Below are positions 27,286 through 33,394 of a DNA stretch of 44,120 nucleotides, piece after piece. Numbering within the stretch: the stretch's first letter is position 1; each line of letters starts with the position of its first letter. Made by a program: the position numbers and the translations under genes. Below the pieces are notes generated by a model. The model saw only the letters and a program-made list of their open reading frames with translations. It had not been told where the DNA came from and searched no databases. Source of the DNA: a virus (lineage: Duplodnaviria > Caudoviricetes); IMG/VR virus record IMGVR_UViG_3300025732_000079, positions 1 through 44,120 of that record. The stretch is one strand, 5' to 3'.

Positions 27286-27733
27286 GATTGCGGTCAGCGA
27301 GTTGTCCAACCCTATCCGGGGGCTTTGGTACTCGCGGCATGAGGAGCCGCAGCCGCAGGAGTTCGACGGCCTGCCTGATTGGATGGCCATAGAGCCGCAG
27401 GAAGCCGACCCAGACCTGGGACTGGTGGTGGAGTACCTGCTGTGGAGTCTCCCGGCCCGGGAGGCCAAGATCATCAGGCTGCGGTTCTGGCATGAATGCA
27501 CCCATCAAGAAATCGCCGACATGCTCGGGGTCTCAACGGTGCGTGTTGGCCAGATCGAAAAGAGGGCCCTGGAAATACTGCGCCACCCCAACCGGCTGTT
27601 GGTGCTGACACTGGCCGCCGACCTCCCTAAGCGATACCGCAACTGGGAAAGGGCCCCGCGCTGGGACTGGCTGGGGCTAAGGCGCAACTTCGACCAGTGG
27701 CTTGCCGAGGAAAGAGACCCTGAGATTTTGTAG
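27257..27733 (+). CDS. Sigma70 region-4-like HTH protein
   Basis: LPAREAKIIRLRF...THQEIADMLGVSTVRVGQIEKRALEILRHPNR resembles RpoD region 4. Confidence 0.8.
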   Translation: MNWVKRAFGEIAVSELSNPIRGLWYSRHEEPQPQEFDGLPDWMAIEPQEADPDLGLVVEYLLWSLPAREAKIIRLRFWHECTHQEIADMLGVSTVRVGQIEKRALEILRHPNRLLVLTLAADLPKRYRNWERAPRWDWLGLRRNFDQWLAEERDPEIL

Positions 27734-27737
27734 GGTA

Positions 27738-27767
27738 TTGCATTGTGATTTAAGTTTGGGTTACACT
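27738..27767 (+). promoter_or_regulatory. Early promoter 2
   Basis: GGGTA-TTGCAT-18-TACACT; near copy of promoters 3 and 4. Confidence 0.7.
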
Positions 27768-27811
27768 ACAAGCACTGCATGTCGCAGTGATAGCGAATAG
27801 GAAAGCGAATC

Positions 27812-28576
27812 ATGGAAAAGCAAACCGTCCCCTTCAGCCAACTGCTCATCGATGCCGTGAGCCAGCCTGGTGTCCTGTCCAGCGCCTACAGCGCCTTCCA
27901 CGGGTACAGCATCGGCAACCAACTGTGGGCCCTGTCCCAGTGCGCAGCCCGCAAGATCCCGCTGGGCCCCATCGCCACCTTCAAGAAGTGGCAAGAACTC
28001 GGGCGCCAAGTGCAGAAGGGCCAGAAGGCCATCTCGCTGGTGATGCCCGTCACCATCGCCAAGAAGGATGACCAAGGCGAGAAGACCGGCGAGTTCTTCT
28101 CCCTGTTCACCGTGCGCAACAACTGGTTCGTACTGAGCCAGACCGAGGGCGAGGACTTCCGTAACGAAGCCCCGACCCCCTCCTGGGACAAGGCCAAGGC
28201 CCTGGAAGCCCTGGGCATCACCGAGTCCACCTTCGACCTGGCCAACGGCAATGTGCAGGGCTACGCCCAACTCGACACCATCGCCGTTAACCCGGTGGCG
28301 GCTCTCCCCCACAAGACCCGGTTCCATGAGATCGCCCATGTGGTGCTGGGCCACACAAAAGAGGGCTTGGTGACCGACTCCGAGCTGACCCCCCGCGACA
28401 TCCGCGAAGTGGAGGCCGAGAGCGTGGCGTACATCCTGTGCAGCCTGCTGGGTTTGCCTGGTCTCGAAGAGTCCCGGGGCTACATCCAGAACTGGCTGCA
28501 AGGCGGCCAGATCAGCGACAAGAGCGCCCAGCGCATCTTCGCTGTGGCCAACAAGATTCTGGAGGCTGGCAAGTGA
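27812..28576 (+). CDS. ardC: ArdC-like ssDNA-binding / zincin antirestriction protein
   Basis: YSIGNQ, TFKKWQELGRQVQKGQKA, F.LSQTEG, HEIAH, EVEAESVAY, YIQNWL. Confidence 0.8.
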   Translation: MEKQTVPFSQLLIDAVSQPGVLSSAYSAFHGYSIGNQLWALSQCAARKIPLGPIATFKKWQELGRQVQKGQKAISLVMPVTIAKKDDQGEKTGEFFSLFTVRNNWFVLSQTEGEDFRNEAPTPSWDKAKALEALGITESTFDLANGNVQGYAQLDTIAVNPVAALPHKTRFHEIAHVVLGHTKEGLVTDSELTPRDIREVEAESVAYILCSLLGLPGLEESRGYIQNWLQGGQISDKSAQRIFAVANKILEAGK

Positions 28577-28603
28577 TGCAAATCCCCACACACCAGTGGG
28601 GTA

Positions 28604-28633
28604 TTGCATTGCAGTTTAATTTTGCCTTATACT
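28604..28633 (+). promoter_or_regulatory. Early promoter 3
   Basis: GGGTA-TTGCAT-18-TATACT. Confidence 0.7.
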
Positions 28634-28675
28634 GACAACACTGCAATCCGCAGGACAGCGAATCAGGAGCGAATC

Positions 28676-28903
28676 ATGGAACAGCAGAAGCCCTTCAGCG
28701 TAGGCGCCCGAGTCAAGGGCCTGTACTACGGCCAGCCGTACACCGGCACGGTGGAGTACGCCCGCCCCCACACCATGAACTTGTCCTACAAGCACCACAT
28801 CGTGCTGGACGCCCCCATTACGGTGTTCAGCGCCCAGCGTGACCGCATCATCGTTTCCATCTGGGAACCCCGCGAGTCCGGCAACACCATCGAAGCAGCC
28901 TAA
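28676..28903 (+). CDS. Hypothetical early protein
   Basis: AGGAG RBS; VGARVKGLYYGQPYTGTV. Confidence 0.75.
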   Translation: MEQQKPFSVGARVKGLYYGQPYTGTVEYARPHTMNLSYKHHIVLDAPITVFSAQRDRIIVSIWEPRESGNTIEAA

Positions 28904-28914
28904 AGGGGAAGAAC

Positions 28915-29157
28915 ATGAACGACTACATCATCGAACTCGAAGTTGAAATCGGCGGTGAGGCCTATACCGTAGGCGTGACCGAGTGGGAGCCCTATACACC
29001 GGCCGTCGTGTCCTACCGCCCCGAGCACAGTTACCCCTCCGAGGGCGGCACCGCTGACTGGGTGGTGTTCGACGCCGACGGCGGCCCTCCCCCTGTGATG
29101 ACTCAGGCTATCCGCGACCGCATCGACCAGATGGTCTTCGAGGCGTTGGTGGATTAA
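28915..29157 (+). CDS. Hypothetical acidic protein
   Basis: AAGGGGAAG RBS; 80 aa. Confidence 0.75.
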   Translation: MNDYIIELEVEIGGEAYTVGVTEWEPYTPAVVSYRPEHSYPSEGGTADWVVFDADGGPPPVMTQAIRDRIDQMVFEALVD

Positions 29158-29177
29158 CCACACAAAGCAATTGGGTA

Positions 29178-29207
29178 TTGCATTGTCGTTTAATTTGGTC
29201 TTATACT
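29178..29207 (+). promoter_or_regulatory. Early promoter 4
   Basis: GGGTA-TTGCAT-18-TATACT. Confidence 0.7.
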
Positions 29208-29256
29208 GCACCCATGCGCTGAACGGTTCGGCGCAGACAGCGAAAGGAAAGCGAAC

Positions 29257-29508
29257 ATGAACACCACCACACTCAAGGCCTCCAACATCGCCATCTACGG
29301 CTGCGAAGACATGGAGGAGTTTGTTGACAGCGTCACAGACAGCCTCACCTACAAGTTCTCCGGCATCAACATGGTCGTGGCTGGCCTGATGTCAGATGCT
29401 CAAGAGCAATTGGCCCACGGCGACAGCGAGGGTGCCCGCCAGACCCTCAACCGCGCCAAGCACCTGCTGTTCCGTGTAATGGACGGCGAACTGGCCGCCA
29501 GCGTCTAA
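29257..29508 (+). CDS. Hypothetical early protein
   Basis: AAGGA RBS; LMSDAQE...ARQTLNRAK. Confidence 0.8.
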   Translation: MNTTTLKASNIAIYGCEDMEEFVDSVTDSLTYKFSGINMVVAGLMSDAQEQLAHGDSEGARQTLNRAKHLLFRVMDGELAASV

Positions 29509-29554
29509 TTAACCCCGGGGGCTACGGCCCCCTTCAACAGCGAAGGAAATCACC

Positions 29555-29767
29555 ATGACTAACGATCTCTACACCGCCATCGACACCACCTCCCCGACCA
29601 CCCGCCTGGTGGTGGACAAGTACGACAACAATGAGGTTTGGGTGGCCATGCATGTGCGCCAGGGGCATGTGTACTGCGTAGTGAACTTCGAGCAGGCCCG
29701 CGAGATGATCGCCGCCCTCCAGCGCGTTCTCGACAGCGAGAAGGCCCCCAGTGAAGTTGCTGCTTGA
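29555..29767 (+). CDS. Hypothetical early protein
   Basis: AAGGA RBS; 70 aa. Confidence 0.75.
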   Translation: MTNDLYTAIDTTSPTTRLVVDKYDNNEVWVAMHVRQGHVYCVVNFEQAREMIAALQRVLDSEKAPSEVAA

Positions 29768-29852
29768 AATCCTGGCCCTTGTGACCTGCCTGGTGCTGGG
29801 GCCCATCGTGGCCCTGGCCATGCTTTTGTCCAGCCTTTGGGGGAGCCTATGA
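29751..29852 (+). CDS. Possible 33-aa membrane peptide
   Basis: GTG start; KLLLEILALVTCLVLGPIVALAMLLSSLWGSL; ATGA coupling to next gene. Confidence 0.55.
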   Translation: MKLLLEILALVTCLVLGPIVALAMLLSSLWGSL

Positions 29853-30271
29853 GCCAGAACATCGGCATGAACAAGGCCGACATCGAACAGATGATGGGCT
29901 CCATCTCATCCTGGGGCCGGGCTATGGACAAGGTCAACGGGGCCGAGCGCCGCCTGCTGTACCAGCAGTACCTGAAATCGACGCCCCCCGAAACCCTCCT
30001 GGCCATGCAAAAGGTATTCGGCTCCGGCATGAGGAATACCTTCGGCTTGACCTCAAACCACCGCAAGAACATCAGCGAATCAATGAAGGCCCGATGGGCC
30101 CAAAGGAAAGAGTATGAACGCCAAAGAAATCGACCAAATGATGCAGCACCTGCCCAGCCAGAGACACCGGTACGAACGGCGGCTGCTGGACGAGGTTTTG
30201 GCTGGCTTGGCAATAACCTTGTTTTTGACTACACTTTGTTTTATGTGAAAGCGAAGCAGAAGCGATCCTGA
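29849..30271 (+). CDS. Hypothetical protein (3' third overlaps another ORF)
   Basis: GGAG RBS; HRKNISESMKARW resembles a NUMOD3-type motif. Confidence 0.6.
   Translation: MSQNIGMNKADIEQMMGSISSWGRAMDKVNGAERRLLYQQYLKSTPPETLLAMQKVFGSGMRNTFGLTSNHRKNISESMKARWAQRKEYERQRNRPNDAAPAQPETPVRTAAAGRGFGWLGNNLVFDYTLFYVKAKQKRS
30114..30248 (+). CDS. Possible 44-aa membrane protein nested in another frame
   Basis: AAGGA RBS; MNAKEIDQMMQHL...LAGLAITLFLTTLCFM. Confidence 0.55.
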   Translation: MNAKEIDQMMQHLPSQRHRYERRLLDEVLAGLAITLFLTTLCFM

Positions 30272-30311
30272 TGCGAAGCACAACCGAATCGGTTTATACG
30301 GTATGGATCAA

Positions 30312-30358
30312 CCGCAACTGATCTAGGGGCCCGCCACAAGCGGGCCTCTTCGTTGCGG
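30312..30358 (+). terminator. Hairpin ending the early region (possible terminator)
   Basis: AGGGGCCCGC/GCGGGCCTCT stem enclosed by CCGCAAC/GTTGCGG; weak U tail. Confidence 0.45.
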
Positions 30359-30363
30359 GGTGC

Positions 30364-30393
30364 TTGACAGGGATTTGAATCTTGTCGCACAAT
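30364..30393 (+). promoter_or_regulatory. Putative sigma70 promoter of the ncRNA block
   Basis: TTGACA-18-CACAAT with no ORF immediately downstream. Confidence 0.6.
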
Positions 30394-30400
30394 GCTTTTA

Positions 30401-30519
30401 CTGCTACGGAGTGGAACCCAAAGCAGAGAGAGCCGCTAGATCAGACTCCGACCCCGTATGGGGTGCCACCCTGCCAAAAACAGGGTCGGGTTCCACCGGG
30501 GTCTGTTCTAGCGGTTTTT
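30401..30519 (+). ncRNA. C4/CI-like antisense RNA with upstream target hairpin
   Basis: Long closing stem 30431-30450/30497-30516 with two inner hairpins; unpaired GGGTTCCAC is the exact reverse complement of GTGGAACCC at 30411-30419. Confidence 0.65.
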
Positions 30520-30525
30520 GCTTTC

Positions 30526-30748
30526 CGCTCCTGGCCGTCGTACTCCGCACGCAGTAGGGGCCGCAAGTGGGGCCGCTCGGAAGGAAACCGCGCCGTACTC
30601 GAACCACCAACGGGTGCGTGCCAGCCTTGGTTGAGGGACTGGCGCAGGCATGACTGAGCGTGACCGGCTCCAGAGCAGTCATCCCGATGAATTAACCCGT
30701 CAAGCGCACTTGGTTTGCTGTGTACAGATGAGACAGGCAGATGGAGCG
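30526..30748 (+). ncRNA. Putative large pseudoknotted RNA of unknown family
   Basis: Several compatible helices found by eye; no convincing ORF. Confidence 0.45.
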
Positions 30749-30797
30749 TGGCCCAAGGCAGGGTCACCCGGAGTAGCCATGTCTTGAGAGGATTGGC

Positions 30798-30995
30798 ATG
30801 AGAATTAACCTCAAAGTTCCATTTGAAGATAAGGACAAAGCCAGAGCGGCTGGCGCTCGATGGGATGTGGCCAGGAAGACTTGGTATGTTGAGAATGCCG
30901 AGGATCTCAAGCCGTTTGCGCCGTGGATAAGTGAGGAAGTGCAGGCCTGGTTCAGCGGCAAAAAGCCTTTACCCAAGACCAGCAAGCGCCTATAA
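30798..30995 (+). CDS. DUF5710-like small protein
   Basis: GAGG RBS; LKVPFEDKDKARAAGARWD..RKTWY. Confidence 0.8.
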   Translation: MRINLKVPFEDKDKARAAGARWDVARKTWYVENAEDLKPFAPWISEEVQAWFSGKKPLPKTSKRL

Positions 30996-31091
30996 TTTCA
31001 CCGTGCGTTTGGGTTCAATTTTGAGCCGATATCAAACCGCAAGCGGACTGAAAGCGCACCGAAAGCGAATCGGTTTTCCCCACAAAGGGGG

Positions 31092-31300
31092 CCAACACGC
31101 ATGGGGATTGGGTGAATTCGGGCGGGCCGTCAGCCGCACCGATGAGCCGCAACCTGACGGATCAGTCCCCAGCCGTGTTGGTGAATGCGCAGGCTGATGC
31201 GCGACTCAGCGGCCTCACTTTCGAGTGTGGATGTTTCGGAGATGACATCGACCCAGCCGGGAGAACCGAATGCCGGAGATCAGCGCCGGCCGCCAACAGC
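31092..31300 (+). ncRNA. tRNA-like structured RNA with upstream long hairpin
   Basis: Acceptor-like stem 31177-83/31291-97, D-like and T-like arms with complementary GCTGAT/ATCAGC segments. Confidence 0.55.
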
Positions 31301-31372
31301 CCATACTGGCGACTCGAAAGCGAATCGATTACATTGCGAATCATTCGACTTTTATTCAAGGGATTACGGGTG

Positions 31373-31984
31373 ATGCCAGAAACCGTCAAGAAACCGCGCA
31401 AAAAGGCCGTAGAGGCTGCGAACGCCCCAAAGGCAGGGGCAAGTACCTCCGACGCCCAAAAACCCGCCAAAAGGCCGCAAAAGACTGGCAGACCCTCAAA
31501 GTACGACCCTGAGATCGCAAGGCAGATATGCGAACAACTCAGTGAAGGGATACCACTGAGGCAGATATGCAGGGACAACGAAGGGTTCCCGGCGTGGAGG
31601 ACGGTTTACGATTGGATGGCGAAAGATGATGCGGCTGGTTCCGCTGGCGTCGGTCTTTCCGCATCCATCGCACGCGCTCGCGACATTGGTTACGACGCGC
31701 TGGCCGAAGAGTGCTTGCTGATTGCCGACAATCCCCACTTTGGTCAGAAGCAGGTAATGACGGATCAGGGGACGGCCACGACCATCGAGGATATGCTGGG
31801 CCACCGCAAACTTCAGATCGAGACCCGGCTCAAGTTACTGGCGAAGTTCCACCCCACCAAGTACGGCGACAAGATCGGCGTGCATGGAGTTGAGGGCGCC
31901 GCTCCCATCAAAACCGAGAACGCGACGGCAGACAAGTTCTTGGAGATTATCCGCAACATGGAGATGAGCAAGCGTGCTGGCTGA
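31373..31984 (+). CDS. terS: Terminase small subunit
   Basis: GRPSKYDPEIARQICEQLSEG.PLRQIC...P..RTVYDW; HRKLQIETRLKLLAK.HP.KYGDK; directly before terL. Confidence 0.9.
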   Translation: MPETVKKPRKKAVEAANAPKAGASTSDAQKPAKRPQKTGRPSKYDPEIARQICEQLSEGIPLRQICRDNEGFPAWRTVYDWMAKDDAAGSAGVGLSASIARARDIGYDALAEECLLIADNPHFGQKQVMTDQGTATTIEDMLGHRKLQIETRLKLLAKFHPTKYGDKIGVHGVEGAAPIKTENATADKFLEIIRNMEMSKRAG

Positions 31985-33386
31985 GATTCTGGAAGACCCA
32001 GAAGTCAAGGCTGAGTTCAATGCCCAGCCAGAGCATCAGCGCATCGCCAAGATCGCCCACGCAATGTGGGTAGAAAGCGCACACAAATACCAGGTGCCGC
32101 CGCCGCTGGAGCAGGATTACCATGTTTGGGTAATGCTCGCGGGGAGAGGTGCGGGCAAGACCCGCTCCGCTGCCGAGGCCCTGTGGTGGTGGTGCTGGAT
32201 CACCCCAGAGAGCCGGGGGCTGGTGCTGGCTCCTACCAGCAACGACTTGAAGTTCACCTGCTTCGAGGGCGTATCAGGCCTGCTGTCGGTTATCCCGAAA
32301 GAATTGATCGCCGACTACAACAAGCAAGACCACCAGATCAAGTTAGTCAACGGCTCGATCATCCGGGGCATCTCGGCCGACTCCTACGAGCGCCTGCGCG
32401 GCCCTCAGTTCCACTTTGCCTGGTGCGACGAGTTGGCGGCCTTCCAGTACATCCAAGAGGCCTGGGACATGATGCAGTTCGGCCTGCGCCTGGGCGACAG
32501 CCCCAAGGTGATCGTGACCACCACCCCGAGGCCTAAAGACCTAATCCTGGAGTTGGTGGGGCGTGAGGGCCAGGATGTGATCATCGACCGCGCCAGCACC
32601 TACGACAACGCCGAGAACCTGGCGCCCACCTTCAGAAACCAACTGGAGCAGTACAAGGGCACCAAGTTGTACGAGCAGGAGGTGATGGGCTCGATCGTTG
32701 ACCTGGAGGACGGCAAGGTCGTCTCCCGGGACATGTTCCGCCTGTACCCCGCCCGCAGGGCCTTCCCGAAGTTCGAGTTCATCGTCCAGTCCTATGACTG
32801 CGCCTTCAGCGAGAAGGAGCACAACGACCCTACGGCCATGACGACCTGGGGCGTGTTCAAGCCTATGGACGGCCCCATGAGCGTGCTGCTGATCGACTGC
32901 TGGGCCGAGCACCTGACCTTCCCCAAACTCAAGGATAAGGTGCTGGACGAGTGGAAGGTGTCCTACGGCGAGGGCAAGGAGATGAAGCGCCCCGACCTGA
33001 TCCTGGTAGAGGAGAAAGCCGCAGGCATCTCGCTGATTCAAGAACTCCAGAAGGCGCACCTGCCTGTGCGGGGCTACAACCCCGGGCGGGCGGACAAGAT
33101 GCAGCGCCTACAGATCACGGCGGCCATCTTTGCTGCTGGGCGGGTGTGGCTGCCGGAGTCTGACCGTGGCAACGGGATGGTCAAGGACTGGTGCGAGGGG
33201 TTCTTGAGCCAGATATGTAGTTTCCCGGATTCGAGCCACGACGATTATGTGGACTCGGCCACGCAGGCCATGCGGCTGCTCAAGGACATGGGGTTCCTCG
33301 ACATCGATCCAGAGCCCCGATATGATGACGACGATGATTATGTGATCGAGAATCAACAGGCGCGGGTCAATCCCTACGCCCAGTGA
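31974..33386 (+). CDS. terL: Terminase large subunit
   Basis: AGRGAGKT Walker A, LRGPQF..AWCDE Walker B, TTTP, SYD, FPDSSHDDYVDS nuclease. Confidence 0.95.
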   Translation: MLAEILEDPEVKAEFNAQPEHQRIAKIAHAMWVESAHKYQVPPPLEQDYHVWVMLAGRGAGKTRSAAEALWWWCWITPESRGLVLAPTSNDLKFTCFEGVSGLLSVIPKELIADYNKQDHQIKLVNGSIIRGISADSYERLRGPQFHFAWCDELAAFQYIQEAWDMMQFGLRLGDSPKVIVTTTPRPKDLILELVGREGQDVIIDRASTYDNAENLAPTFRNQLEQYKGTKLYEQEVMGSIVDLEDGKVVSRDMFRLYPARRAFPKFEFIVQSYDCAFSEKEHNDPTAMTTWGVFKPMDGPMSVLLIDCWAEHLTFPKLKDKVLDEWKVSYGEGKEMKRPDLILVEEKAAGISLIQELQKAHLPVRGYNPGRADKMQRLQITAAIFAAGRVWLPESDRGNGMVKDWCEGFLSQICSFPDSSHDDYVDSATQAMRLLKDMGFLDIDPEPRYDDDDDYVIENQQARVNPYAQ

Positions 33387-33394
33387 GGGACTGT

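Noticed and set aside
26057-29260. Repeated intergenic sequences as a possible mini-CRISPR or attC-type cassette array
   Set aside because: Repeats are degenerate, separated by whole genes and explained by -35/-10/RBS elements; no cas or integron integrase in window
30572-30592. CGGAAGGAA resembling the SRP RNA domain IV loop
   Set aside because: Flanking CAGG and GCAGC elements and the long SRP hairpin are missing
31177-31300. Canonical tRNA gene
   Set aside because: No TTCRA T-loop, no 7-nt anticodon loop, no CCA right after the discriminator; kept only as tRNA-like
31112-31372. 87-codon N-terminal extension of TerS in the ORF track
   Set aside because: No RBS at 31112, sequence not protein-like and overlaps predicted RNA structure; ATG 31373 gives a normal TerS
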